64,000 nt of DNA from Gnetum montanum (Eukaryota > Plantae > Gnetophyta). The translations under genes and the position numbers were made by a program. The stretch spans positions 217,887-281,886 of the forward strand of contig MNCI01001305.1 in NCBI GenBank assembly GCA_015680685.1. The letters run 5' to 3'. This document shows, in pieces, positions 13,430-27,588 of this stretch; position 1 is the first letter of the stretch; each line of letters begins with the position of its first letter. The notes below the pieces were generated by a model. The model was not told the origin of the DNA, searched no databases, and was given only the letters and a program-made list of their open reading frames with translations.

Positions 13430-15110
13430 CATTATGACTAAAAACCTCAATCATTGGAAGAAAACCAAGGATCCTTAGTGCAAGCAATTCCTCAACCTTG
13501 AACTCCAAGGGCCTCTATGAGAGAAATGGGATTTGAGGTGCCCTAGCTAGTCTAGCAAATCAACCAGGGACTTATGAAAATATGAAATGTGGGAATATAA
13601 ATAGATCCAAAAATTCATATAAAATAAATTTATTTTTGAACATGAAACTTAAAACCTAAAAATTTATTGAGATAGAATAAAGAATAAGTTAGAGAAATGT
13701 GTCCAAATGGTGCCTAGATGAGCAAAAAAGGGGTTCACTTATGCAAGAGTTCAAAGCCCATTGAAGCTGATGTGATCTACTTCACAATTCAAGTGCTAAG
13801 CCACTCTTGATGCTATCAAACCTTCCTTCGCTATTGCAACCTCAGACCTACCAATTGGGTCACTACTAGGGGTGAGAAAAGTGGGAAATTTGGATGCCAA
13901 GTTGCTCCACGATGGAGTTTAGAAATCCTTGGAGTGTGGTTTTAACACCTAAAATTTACAAATTTCAAGGTCACAATGCTTCCACATTGGGGTTCAAGAC
14001 AATGCAAATATGAGAACTTGCAAGAGCTCTTGAGTGCCTAAGAATGCCCCATGTGTGAAATTATGAACAATGTTTTTGCTAAAAATTGTTGAACTACCAA
14101 AGTGCTTGTATGCCAAAAGTTGTTGAACTTTGTCAAAAATTTTTGAGCCATCCCAAAAATGCTTAGAACCTCTAAATGGTGTTTGATTTTGACTTTTATA
14201 GGTTTTCTAGGTCATAAGTGGGGCTGAAAATTGGCTATGATTTGGCTACAAATTCATTGTGAAATGGCTGTAAAATGGCTACAAATTTCATGTAAGTTTG
14301 TTGCAAATTGGCTACCAAATTTGGGGGGTTACTATTCATAGTAAGTGCTTTCCCCCATGGCCATTCCATTTACTATAAATAGTAATTGGAGCACAGTTTC
14401 CATGCTAGAGATGAATCTTCCACACTAAGCTCTCCACCATGCTTGTTGAAATGGTTGGTCAATGTTGAAGTGCATAACTTGATGAATTTTGCTTTTTATA
14501 ACTTCCACATTGGGGGATTGAATTTTCCATGCTAGGGGAGAGACTTTCCAGCTAGGGGAAAGTTTCCAAGATGGGAAAAAGAATTTTTCAAGCTGGGGGG
14601 AAAAGTTTCCAAGCTAGGAAAAAACTTTCCAGTTTGAGAGAAAAGTTTCCAAGTTGTGCCTTTGGTCTCCATGTTGAAGGGGGTAAAGTTTTCAAACCCC
14701 CCATCCTTCCACACTAGGGGTAGGTGAGATCTACCCCCCTACATGTGTTTCGAGCATAGAAAAATGTACACCCCTCATAAAACCCATCAAATTGCCTTCT
14801 TGGGCATTCCAAAAGGCATTTTTGATGGTGCACACCCCGCGCCACCCACCCCACCTCCCCNNNNNNNNNNNNNNNNNNNNNNNNNNNNNNNNNNNNNNNN
14901 NNNNNNNNNNNNNNNNNNNNNNNNTCACTTGGGGAATGAGGTTTTGACCACTTATGAGGCATTTTTCAGCCCAAAAAGTGTAAATTATGGGAAATTTCTC
15001 ATTGTGGATTACAATTTTCACATTTATAATGAAGTCTTGCATTAGGTTTTATGGGGTGAAAGCTAGATGAAGAAGACTGGTTATAACATGTAAAATTTTA
15101 TGGTGTTTCA
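13430..15110 (-). repeat. 5' LTR of element C (contains N gap 14861-14924)
   Basis: Bounded by TGAAACACC at 15110 and the PBS. There is a TATA-like CCTATAAAAG near 14193-14202. The 3' terminus is degraded and approximate. Confidence 0.7.
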
Positions 15111-16323
15111 AGGCTATTTCACCTAAAAGTTTTTATTTTCTAGCAATCAAATATTTTAGATGTTACAGTTTCTAACATTAGAAGGATGGACTCCACATAA
15201 ATTTGTGGCCTAAACATTCTCCAAAACCAAATCTTCCACATTTTAAACTTTAAAACCTGCAAATATCTACCATCAAACCCAACATTGGTGTTCAATTTCC
15301 TATAAATAATACCTAGCATAGTTGTTATGGGTAATTTTGATTATTGCATTATTTTCATAGTAGTTGCTAGATTCTTTGAAGCTAGTGTGGTGTACACTAA
15401 AACTTGTAACTATTAATTATTGGAACATACATTTAGGGTCTAAGGGCTAGTGTAGGTCCATACAACCGCCCAAATCCATATGCCATGAAATTTTATAGAA
15501 AGCCAATGTAGACACTTCCAGGACTCCAGCATAATCCTTGGTAAACCCAAAATTTTACATTCAATTCTTCAAAACCAACACACCTCCTTTAGGAGGAAAT
15601 ATTCACAACTTGGTTTCACTAAGCAAAACCATCTTTCACTGCCTACCCCAATGTAGTTAGTTGGGCAATACAGTGGTCTACTGCACCCCCTCCAACATAG
15701 ATCCTATTGGTAAAGCCAACATAGTTGGTGTCACCAACTTAAAAACTATCACACCATTTTCCTAGTGTAGTATATACCATTCCCACTACAAACTGCACTA
15801 CACCTATAGTTGCAGTTTAAACTATTTTTTCAACCATATCTGGTTACACCTTTGGGTGATTCCATGTGTTGGAATCTTGGTTTAATTAATTAAAAATTAA
15901 ATCAAACACCCCCACCCTTCCCTTTTTGCCAGACTACCTAGCGTAGTTTTGGTGGACCAATTACATTTTCTCATCCCCACAAATCCCAGCATTTTTTTTC
16001 AACATACCTAGTGTATATTTTGAAAAATAACATTTTTTTTCTTAGTTGCACAACAAAACCCAATGTAAAATACACCAACAACCTTAAAAAAGAAAACTAG
16101 AAACTTACTATTTTTATCACCAACATATTTTTTGAAAAAATACTACCATATCTTTCCAAAACCTAACATATTACAAATAAATATATTTTCCATATTTAAA
16201 TTTTCACAAGAATTGTTGTACTTTTTAAAGCTTAGCTTAGCTTTTTCTAGCGTAGATTGATTTTTTTGGTACTATTTCATGCACTTTTGCAAATCAACCA
16301 TGCTACCACTAGACCTCACATAC

Positions 16324-19300
16324 ATGGCATCCAAGCAAGATGCAATTTGCATCTATGACCTAGAAGACCCTACGGTCATAGAGCAAAGATAGTCACTTTG
16401 ATAGAGGGATAAGAACCTAGACTTTACAATCATCAATGAGGAGTTCTACAACTTCTTCTATGCCAAGATGCAAGTTGGTTTACTCATACCACGATCTGAA
16501 TTTCATGCTAAGTATCAATTCGAAATAATACGTCAAGATGGGAAACAATACATCACATTGTTGTATAATAAAATCCCCATCATTGATTTCTACACACACC
16601 TACTCATACAACTAATATATTTTCATGATTTTAGTGAGGAAATTTGTTTGAAGAACCACCAATAGGAATAAGAAAAATTCAAGGAAAATTAGAGCTAGAC
16701 ACATTTATCAAAAATGTTTTCCAATGGTCAACTTCCCAAGCAACCACCTCTAGCTCTGTAACCCTACTATCCCCTATAGGGTAAGTACCTCAATTTCCTC
16801 CTACTTATACCATCATGTTTGGGCCAACACCTAGCATGGCTAAATAGAAAGCCCAACCTCTTTCCCCATTGACCTCCTTGTTCTCATCAATTCTCTTTGC
16901 CACATAACCTTACTTTTCTCATCTAGCCTTGGTGATGTCTACCTCACCACCTCCCTTTGTCATGCTAGCTGTACCATGTTGGCACATTTTGGCCATTTCA
17001 TGGAATAGGTTGGCATGATAAAATTGATTAAAGGTTTTTTCAATATAATAATTGAGAATTGGACGTCATAGTAATGTTTATTGACAGCAAAAGTAGAGAC
17101 ACTAGAAAAAGGAAATTTGTCAAACACTTTGTATATACTCTGCATTTGAATCAGCAATGAAAACTAGAAAAACAAGAATAGGTTATGAGCAACGGTTTTA
17201 GAAGAAAAAAAGCAAGACAAGCATCAAGAATATATCAAAATCTTGCCAATATTATCACCCAAATCATACAACAGTTGTCCCTGATTCAAAAATTAAATAA
17301 AAAAATTAGAAAGAAAAACGCAGGAAGCCCTAGGTAAATCTGGGGCAAATATTTCGAGCAATTAGAACCCTAAACCACAATTATCATTTGCTCTTGGAAC
17401 TTGAAAAAGAAAAAGAAGATCTCCTTCAATAATCCACAGTATACAGAGAGTGGAGTCTTTGCATAGAAGGGCAAAAACGCAATAGGGTTTCTAGCTCGTA
17501 TTTGATAGAGCACTAGGGCATGGTAGTGAAATAAACTACAAGAAAAATGTAGTGCGTAACCGCAGCTGACGAAAATCTGAAATCGTGGTAGACAAGGGCA
17601 TCCTACCAAGAATCTGATCCTAGAAATTTAGTGAATGTAGAGCATACATGGAGGTCTCGCTAGGAACGATGGTTGTAATCATTTCCATTACACCTTTAGC
17701 TCCGCTGGTGTAGGGCACGTACAGTTCGTGCAAAAATTGCTAGGATGCTCAGCATAGTTTCAAACCTTCTGATACTGAATAACTGTAGCTAAAAATAGAG
17801 CTTCAATGTATCTAGACAACACCAGTGACTCAAAATTGGCAACTACCGAAGTAGGGATGAATTTTCAGTTCTTCTAGCAACAATACCACACTTGAAAATG
17901 GTGAAATTCTTCATTTCTTTCTTGCAGTTTTTTAACTTGCAAGCACAAGAATGATCAAAGAGCTACACGAAGTTGGTGATGCTAGATCTGGGCAATGAAA
18001 AGTCCCCTCATAATCATGGACGATGTAGACTTGGATGAGGCACTTAACTTGACCAATATCGGCATTTACTGCAACATGAAGCAAGAGTGTATGGCAGGGT
18101 CACGTGTATTCATGCAGAAGAGAAGAAATTAATTACAATCAGGTCATGGAAAAATCCATAACTTTGGTTCGCTAACAAATTTTGGGCAACTTAGTCAAGC
18201 CTAGGATTATGTGTGGTTAAGAGGTTTTCCAGCATGAGCATGCTAGTAGCGTTGGTCGTGCTTACCAATGGTGCCTTCATGCTAAACCTAGACTACGACA
18301 ACCACTACATCTATGAAATCATCCATACAGATGGTCACTATTCTCAAGGACAGCACAAACTACATAATGTCAACCAATGCTTCACATGACATGACACTCA
18401 CTTTGTGTTGAAAATACATATATATTTATATATCAACCCATCCATGTATGCATCAACTCCATGGTTACTATCTCTACTACTATGATTTAAATAGCAATAA
18501 AATATTTTATGATTTAAAAAAGAAAATAAAGTTATGGGACAACTGTTCAAAGTCCCATGTGAATTGAACACTTTTCAATTATGATCATGGTGGTTGCAAC
18601 TACAAGATATTCATCACCTATAAACATTTAACCCTATGGTGAATATAGCCACTAGATACTTGGCTTCATTTTAAGTTTCCTATAAATGTTGTAATTTCAT
18701 GGCAATTGTAGCCTCTTAATTGAAATGGTGGTTATAACCACTACAAAGGCCACTTGTCAACTACAACTTTTTTATCTCCATGGTGACCACTTGGAAACTG
18801 AATGGGCCACTTGGAAACTAAATGGGACACTTGTCAATTGCAGCGTTTTTATCTCTATGGTGGTTATAACCACCCATAATGTTTGTAACTTACCTCACCT
18901 TCTCATGATGATTGTAACTACCTTGAGGTTACTATAAAAGGGCTTCAAGGGTAGGAAGGAAGGGGTCTCTAGGAGGTGGCTCTTGCTCTAGGTCTTGGTG
19001 GCTGTGGAGAAGAGCATTTGTAAAGAAGACATTATGAAAGATTGCTTGTAAGATGACTTATTAAAGACAACATTTCAGCCTCTTTTTCATAGTCCTGTGA
19101 GTTATGATTTTGTTTTTATTTTATTCTGTTTAAATTATTTACCTAGTAGTTTAGATAGTATCATGCTTGGCAAGTAATTTTGGAATTTTTAGATTGCTCT
19201 CATTGTTCTTGTTGCATGATAGAAAATTTCTATTAAAATTTTGCCATAGAAGAGCTTGTGTTTGAAATCCTTAAGAGCATTTTAGTAGTGAATTTTATTA

Positions 19301-22300
19301 TTGTGCAATGTATAAGAACCGCTATTGAGATTGTTGTAAGAGAGCCTCTGCATGTAGTCAAGCCGTTGAACGATTCAATAGTCAAGAGGATTCAGAAAAT
19401 CTTTGGTATTTTGATAGGACCATAATAGCTTCTTTTATCTTTAAATTCAATCTCTGTGGTATTTCAATCATAAATTGTCAAGTATTTTGAAGGTTCTGTT
19501 GAATGCAATTGTTGACATCCATTATCTAGCCAAAATAGAGTCTCGTACATGATAGTTTACGCAGCATTTTTTTTGGTAGCATAGTAGGATTGTCTTGAAA
19601 AAATTGCTTATTTGAGCCTTGGAAGTTTGAACAATTCGTAGTTATTGAATTTTTGATATCTTTATTGTGAAGTGTTTACTTGTATCATTTTACCTTGTTT
19701 AAATATTTGATATCTTTACACACATCTGCTTTCTTTTTCTATTCTTTCTATTTCCATTGAATCTCACTCTATTTCTAGTTTTCTTGTGGAACTATCTCTT
19801 TCTCTGGGGAAAATTAGAAGTAGATTTGCAGAGTTGTGCTCAAATGTTTTTTGCAAAACTTTATTTGTTACAAGTAGGTATTATAAGGACCACATAGACT
19901 AGGCAATTGAACAAAATAGGAACTCTCAACAACTCACAGTACTTTGCAAAGTTAGCTGAATATCTTTAAGATAAGTCATTTATAGTTTTACACACAACCC
20001 AATCGTTTCATTTTTCACAATAGCACACACACATACTCACATTAACTACTGAGTCTATTTGGAGGTATCTAGGCCTTGGTGTTGCCAGAGACCAGCAAGC
20101 ACCTAAATCCTGTTCGAGGACACTCGTTGGTGGTCACGTCCCAAACGGTCGCCAACAAATCGTCATTAGGGCCCCAAGCAACACATGACTCTCATACTCC
20201 CTTTGCTTCCTTCATTTCAGATATCCCAACTCAAAACTCTTTCTCCTTAATTAACCCACTATGACAATGATCACACAACCTCTTCCCTCTATGCCAACAT
20301 CAATTATACAATCTCAAACCACTCAACTTCCTTCACAACCATCAACATAAATACTAAAGCCTATAGGGATGCCACAAGGCTTAGATCAAGCCTTTTAAAT
20401 GATCTAAGGTCCTTACCAAAGAGCTACAAAAACTAAAAGTCATGACAACTCAAATAGTTAAGGTTCTAGACTATTACCAAGATGATCCTATAAGCCCTAT
20501 GCTACCTCAAATAACATTACCCATAGGCATGCCCATACCAAACTTCACCAAATATAATGGTAAAGGGGATCCCAATGCACACTTGATCACCTTCCTATCT
20601 AAGTACCTTTTTGCAAGTTTTACCACATACAATACTGAGGATTTTCCCCATGTCCCTTAAGGAAAAGCTCTAGATTAGTACCAAACCTTACCTAGAGATT
20701 CTATTTCTTTTCTTGAAGACTTAATAATCCAATTTGTCAACCACTTTAGCTATAGCATGATGTCAAATGCCACATTGGATCAACTAAAGAAGGTGAAGTA
20801 GGAGTTACTTGAACTAGTCAAAAGCTTCATTCAAAGATAAAACTTAATAGTTAACAAGATTCCACAGCCTATTGCTGAAACTCACCTCTTGGCCATCTAC
20901 AAGGGAGTAGTAAATGGCTTTATCAAGTCAAAGCTTTACTACCTAGATCCCCAATCACTAGGCTAAGCCTTTTTGCAAACTAAGAACATCAAGGAGGAAA
21001 CTAAGGCTAGCAACAATCCATCCTATGTAGCATGTAAAAACCAACATGCAAGGAGGAAGAGAAATAAAACTAGATAAGAACATACAACCATGGCTGTAGT
21101 AACAAAAGAGTCAAAACAAGGGGAAAGGTGAGGATCACTACCATGTAACATATGCTAGAGACTCATCACAACCATCCACTTCCTACATTCCAAATTAACC
21201 AAGACAAAAATTTTAGCAAAAGAATAGATCTAAGTACACAAGGATGCCTATAAAGCCCTCTAAGCTTTTAGAATAGTTGCTTAAAAACAACCACATAGAA
21301 CATAAGCAACTATCCAAGGAAGCTTGTTGAGGCATGATTATCTTTGTGACATAAATAGAGACCCAACATTAGTGACCAAAGATAATTTGAAGCTATTGAG
21401 GTACTTTATATAAGATAGGTATTGCCATTATCATAAAATGGCCAGTCATGACACTAATTTTTGATTAGCATTAAATATGACCTTCAAAAGATGATAGACT
21501 ATGGAGATTTGGTGTTAAATGGGTTCAACTCTCTAGGAAGTAATAAAAACTCATATACTAAAGCCTCAATCATAGAAACCAAATAGTCCAATCCTCCTAG
21601 GAAACCATTTGTTACCAAAGTACCACCAAAATCCCAAAATACAAAGCCTAGTGAGCCCTTCATCATACAAGTATCACCTCCTCCAGCCTCTAAGAGGCCT
21701 TTCATCATATGTGTTCCATATTTAGTGGCATCAACATCACAACCCATACCATGAGTTACCTATCCTTCAAAGCCTAAGAAACCATGTGTTATCAAGGTCC
21801 CTTCACCTCCAATAAGAAAGACCATGATAACCCATGATCAAAGCCCATCTATAGTGGTCAAAAACTCAGAGGTTAGCAAGAAATCATCACTACAAAGGTG
21901 ACAAAAGCAACTTGTCACCAAACCAACCAAAAAGCCCACTAAAGGTATCCAATGATGAAAGGATTCAAAGAAAGTTAGCCAATTGAGGTCTACATCATAA
22001 TAAACTACACCATGGAAAAAGGACCCAAGGCACATAAACTGAAACCTAAGCCATAAACCCTAGGAAGGTTGGAAGAAGTTATGATAACCAAGGCTGAAAG
22101 ATCACATGCTAAGGAAAATAATTTTATCACAACGATAGAACAAGCCAAATGGTTCCTAAAACAAAAGAACATATCATCAAACTTGTATGACTTGGTCATG
22201 ACTTCTACTACTCATTGGAATGCACTAGCTCAAGTGTTGACTTCTATCCCTATGAGTAGAGACATGCTAGCTAACAAGAAATCAATCCACTCTGTCATTG

Positions 22301-22990
22301 AGTAATCTTCACTTAGGGAAAACGAGCATCAACCAATGCTCAACTTTCATGACAATGAAGTGAATATTGACTCTTAAAATAGATAAGTTCTATATGCTCC
22401 TCTCCTCATTCATATATGTGTTGGCAAGTACAAGGTTCATCGTTTTCATGTGGATGATGGGATGAAAACTAATGTGATACCATTTCTGTTGTTAATAAAT
22501 TAGACTTAACCACGAACATCCATGAAACCACTACCTCAATGTTTAAATCATTCAACAGGTCATAAGTAGTGGTATCTCCTTGGATTTCATAGCCAATGAG
22601 CAATTCCCTACATCTTCCAACTTCCTAGTGGTTGAAGAGACACCTGGCTTCAACTAGATCTTAGGAAGACCATGGTTAGCTAATCTTTGCATGCTTTCAT
22701 CTCCTATATATTAGAAGATTCACTTTCCATACAAGGATGAAAAAATTGTAATCCATGAAGACAATGTGTCAATACTATTAGTTAACTATGTCATCATGGA
22801 ATGAGGTTTAGAGCTGGAGTTTCAAGAGGAATCTCCTAAAACTCAAGCTAGGGCTAGGACCAAGAGCAAAACGAATGAAACTAACAACAATGAGGCCAAA
22901 ATCATGAACCCTACAACATTGAGTAGGCAACAAACACACCTAACAATTAGCATATTAAATGAAAATCATGATGAGCATGGGATCATGCAA
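16324..22990 (+). pseudogene. gag: Degenerate gag-protease of element D, interrupted by insert J (16977-20157)
   Basis: Motifs seen: N-terminal YDLEDP...FEIIRQDGKQYI (homologous to C and A), PNFTKYNGKGDPNAHLITFLS (ORF 20442-20660), ISSNLYDLVMTSTTHWNAL, and protease HRFHVDDG near 22438-22461. Confidence 0.85.
16977..20157 (+). mobile_element. Insert J: ~3.2 kb non-coding LTR-like insertion (solo LTR or composite) of an unrelated family
   Basis: It has terminal inverted heptamers TGTTGGC...GCCAACA and a TATA-like CTATAAAAG at ~18932. The Pro-rich D gag resumes on both sides. The TSD is not clean (tacca versus aatcg). Confidence 0.6.
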
Positions 22991-23599
22991 AGGAAGCCCT
23001 TTGATTTATCAAGAGTCAAGCAACAAATGTATCATAGATATATTATCCCTTCTTTTGTTAATAGAAACATTTTTACTTTGCAAAATTAAACCACGTTTTA
23101 TGATTTTTTTTATCCTTATATGCCCTTTCTACATTTTCCCATACTTGCTAGTCAAGTATGGACCTCAGCCCGCTAAGACTTAAAACTAACAATATTATGA
23201 TCTGCTAAGGCCTAAAACTAGTGACATTATGGCTTGTCAAGGTCTAAAAATGGTAAATTAGTATCATTTGTTCCTTCTATTTCTCATATATTTACAATGT
23301 GACCTGTTACACCTTGTTTTACAGCCTTGCATTTCATTTTCAAACTTTGCTTTGTAACTTTGCATTTTATAGTCATTTTAATTGATAGCCTTTTACACCA
23401 AAAATTAAAAAATCATATAAAAATTTAAAACATGAAAATTGATTGAAAATTATCATCTTTAATAACACAAACCATTGTACAAAGTTTCCACCATAGTTTA
23501 TCTTTACTCTCATAATTTAGACATAGTTTAGGATGGTCAGCAAAACTTATACACTGCCTAGAATATTTATATCATATAGATGGGTTTTCACTAGCTTCC

Positions 23600-25480
23600 T
23601 TGAGTTTAAATTACTCAAAAATTGACTAGTGGAAGCCTAGAGACCTAGGGCATAACATAAGCCTAAGCTCTAGCCACTTTTAAACCCCTAAAACCTAAAT
23701 TCAAGCCTTGAAAGATAGGTACACTAAGGAACTACACTAGCCAAAGTAGTTCCAGTGTAGTTGCTCATACAGGTGACTTTTCACCAGCTTTCTTGAGTTC
23801 AAATGACTTAAAAATTGGTTAGTGGAAGCCCATAGGCCTAGGGCATGACATAAGCCCAAGATCTAATGACTTTTCAACTCTTAAAAGCTAAATTTAGGCC
23901 TTGAAAATTGGGCAGACTGAGGAACTATGCTATCCAATGTAGATGCCCTATCAATACCTAATAATAAGTCATAAACATATCAACTTGATCTCCAGACTAA
24001 TCATCTAAATCCCAAACCCTAGTAGGAACCTCTAACAGCTCTAAAACTTTATAAAACCCATCAAAATATGCCAAAAATCATTTTTCTTGGATGAACTATG
24101 CTAGAAGGCACTCCAACTATGCTGGCCAGTGTAATCCTAGCATAATTAGCATTGGTTTGTCCATCAAATGTCTCAAATAACCTTCAAACTAACATTTCCT
24201 AACCTTTACATCCCCCAAAGCCTCTGATGATCCTACAATGTCAAACAATAAAGCAAAAACAAGTTAAATCCCACTTCCACCTTGGAACTACACTAGGGAT
24301 GATCCTAACTACACTGGCCAATATAGTCCCAGTGTAGTTGATTGGAGTTTGAATATCAAATGCCAAAAATATCCTTCAAAGTGACATATCCTAGCCTTCA
24401 CACCTTCCTGAGTCTCTGTGACTCTAAACTACCAAACAATGAAACACAAATCAATTAAAATACACCTCAACCTTAGAGCTATGCTATGCATAATCTCATC
24501 TATGATGGCTAGAGTACTTCCAATGTTCTTGGTTAAAAATATTTAATAATATGCTACTAACATGTTAAATAAACTTCCTAATGCATCATTCTAGTTCCCA
24601 AATGTTAGTAGAGCCTTCAAAGACTACTAAACCCTCAAAATTGAGTCAAAAATGGCTAAAACTTATCATACACCCCACACCTATGCTAGGACCACACTAA
24701 CAAGTGTAGTCCAAGGGTGTATGGCCATATTTGCACTCAAAAAATCATCAAAACTAATCATTTTGAGTCTAAAACCTAGCTATGAACTCTAGTAACCCTA
24801 GGAATGTAAGAACTTGGTCAATTGATTACAAAAACCAACCAAAAGCTAGGGTAGACCCGAACTACACTAGATAACATAGTCCTAGTGTAGTTCTTTCTAC
24901 AAGGTAGCTTTACTAACATCACAACACTTAAAATGACCTAAAACTTGATTTGAGAAGTCAAAAACCCTGAAACCTTGAATCCAGCTACATTTTGGCCTTG
25001 TTCTAAGCATGAAAAGCCTAAATTTTAATCTAGATATATTGAGGCCACCTCTAACTATGTTGGCTAGCATGGTCATGGGGTGTTTGTGTGAAAACTTTAA
25101 TTGAAGTAGTCTGTTTTAACCTCAAAATGACTAGTTCAACCTTTCCAAGATCTTGAGTTGTCCTACGAAGCTAATGGAATATTAATTTCAATACTGGAAA
25201 ACCAAAAATCCATTTTTCTCATGGAATTATAGTGAGGCTACACTAGCTAGTGTAGTCCCAGTGTAGTTGGCAGTCTTGACATGATGTGTAACTCCTAGGG
25301 AGTCAAAACGACATCAAAATTCACCAATCTCCAACCTTAATCCACTACGCCAACCATAAAAATCATCAAGACCCCAAAACTAATCATAACAAACCTTAGA
25401 ACCAACATGTTGATACCAACTACATTGAAGCATACCCCAACTACTTTGGCCAATGTAGTCCCAATTGAGCTGCAACATAA
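23600..25480. repeat. Dispersed or degenerate repeats of CTACACTRG / CYAGTGTAG motifs, including a ~140 bp direct duplication (23587-23760 vs 23779-23945)
   Basis: Recurrent aactacactagcc..gtagtcc cagtgtag modules. Confidence 0.65.
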
Positions 25481-26290
25481 TTATAAGAAAAAGCTTCATT
25501 TCTAACTTCAAATAGCCTTGAAATGACCACACCAAGTGCCCAAACACCCTCATCAAACCAGTAGATATTTACTATGGCCTGCTAAGGCCTAAAACTGGCA
25601 AACTCTGACCCAAGTTGATCAAAAATTAACCAAGTGTCACCACCTATCTCCCACCTTGACTAGTTTGGCCTTATTCCATTGTATCTTGACTTGTCCTAAC
25701 CTTGATGTACAATTATGACCCTTATTTTCTTATCATTTAGTATCATTTGGCTTTGCACCCCTCATGTTCATAACATTTGTTCCTACTGAACCTCATTTTC
25801 TAACATATGACACCATTTGTACTTTAGTTGGCTTTGTTCAACTTTAGTTAATGTCATGGAACATCAATACAAATTTGTTTAACCTTACCCAACTTTATTT
25901 CATGAAATTTGATTTTCATATAGCCTTAGTTAACTACCATTTATCCTTTGTTTCACACTATTTACTCTAACTTACCACGTATAGCCTTTGTTAACCATGA
26001 TTGAAACTTATTTGCTCTTTTCTCTAATGTGTTTTGACTCATATATGCATTATTATTAATGTATTGTACATTATTTAACAATTTTATTATATAGGTACCA
26101 CTTAATGTGATTATGTTATCATGCATGAATGAGCTAGGATGATAAGGAAGCAAATTCAGCTACCCTTAAAGCTTAAATAAATCCCTCTCTTGAAGTTGTT
26201 AGACCAAGTTGACCTTACATATCCAAATCTTAAACCTCAAAAATGTTCTATCATATAGCCTCAATAACTTGAAGTAGCCTGATAACCATT

Positions 26291-26380
26291 GACCTTGAAG
26301 CTAGAGACATCACAGAGGATTCCTAAGTTGAAATTCCCATCTAAATCACAATGGTGAGGATAAAATGCATAGGACCAAGT
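26291..26380 (+). pseudogene. Remnant of the first codons of pol in element D
   Basis: DLEARDITEDS*VEIPI aligns with DLEVGDVTEDPLVEIPI (B) and DLEVGDVTKDPLTEIPI (A) just upstream of RT. Confidence 0.7.
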
Positions 26381-27588
26381 GACTCACCAGAACTTAATCC
26401 TATTCATGACCTCATCAAGCCCTTGCAATGCAACATTAAGTCCATTACATAGCCCTGATTACATGTAACACTTACATGTTTTCTTATAGATTTGTTTATC
26501 ATTGTTGATAGGCTACAATGAATGATTGATGTTGATGACTCCAATGGTCTATGAAAAGTGAGCCTATAGGCTCTCATTCTCTCAATCTCTCTGTTTGACA
26601 CAATAAATGAATTGCATGTTTTGTAAATATGATGCACATCACATAGATCTCTCCATGTTTCATTGATAGTAACCTATGGTTTCTTGGTTCACTTGTCTCA
26701 TGTTTTCCTATGCATTATTTTTTAATGACATATTTTCTTTGTCTTATTTTCTTATTCTCTTGGAGTTATGCTTGCAGGATGAAGCCTAAAGTCATCACAA
26801 AGGTAAAACCTCATAACAATGGCAAGTTACCATGTGACCTTGATGTGTAAGATTTGGTTAGCTTATCTTGTTGTGCCAAGAGTGCTTATTTCACATCACT
26901 CCCATTATTCCTCATTGAGCCACCATCCTAGAGCTTAACTATAATCTTTCTTATGCTAAACAAAAATGTTGATCTATGTTTAACACTCATGCATTATGGT
27001 CATTTGATAGTTCCTTCATCATGTTTCATCATCAAATTCAATGAATGTAACACATCTCATTCAATGAGAAAACCAAATCAAACTCAACCTTGGTAATTAA
27101 ACCCAATGAAGGTTTCACAATACCAAACAAAAGGGAAAGAAAATTTCCAAGAAGCCAAGAGGACAATGAAGACCAAAAGACATATCAACAGCTCCAAACA
27201 TAAAAAGGGAGAAGCCTAATAGTTGAAGAAACCTTGGAGTGGAGTGTTGGATTATCAAAAATACTACCAAGAAACCAACACTTTGAAGAACAAAGCATGA
27301 AGACCATGTCAACTAATGAGCATGTCATTGCCATGATATAGCCATGATTTCAACATTGGGAATTCATTGTTGACTCATGTAACCACTTCCTTGTGACCAA
27401 ATATAACCTTTAACCTATATCACCTCATCATAATCCTATCTCATCATCATAAGTACTCTTTGGCATGGTTCGACACTATTGAATCAAGAGAAAAGAGGGA
27501 ATACTAATGATGGACCTATGGTGATGTTTTGTATTCTTTGTCAATGTCTCTCAAGTCAATCCTCAAAACATCAACAAAGAGAGACCAA

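Larger units (their letters stand above)
5035..15110 (-). mobile_element. Element C: Tat-clade Ty3/Gypsy retrotransposon, 5' half (LTR, PBS, gag-PR, start of spacer with 3' end of the antisense gene)
   Basis: The LTR start TGAAACACCATAAAATTT at 15110 is identical to the start of element A. The PBS is at 13406-13421, and gag and protease remnants are homologous to A, B and D. It is cut at 5034 by the H LTR. Confidence 0.85.
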
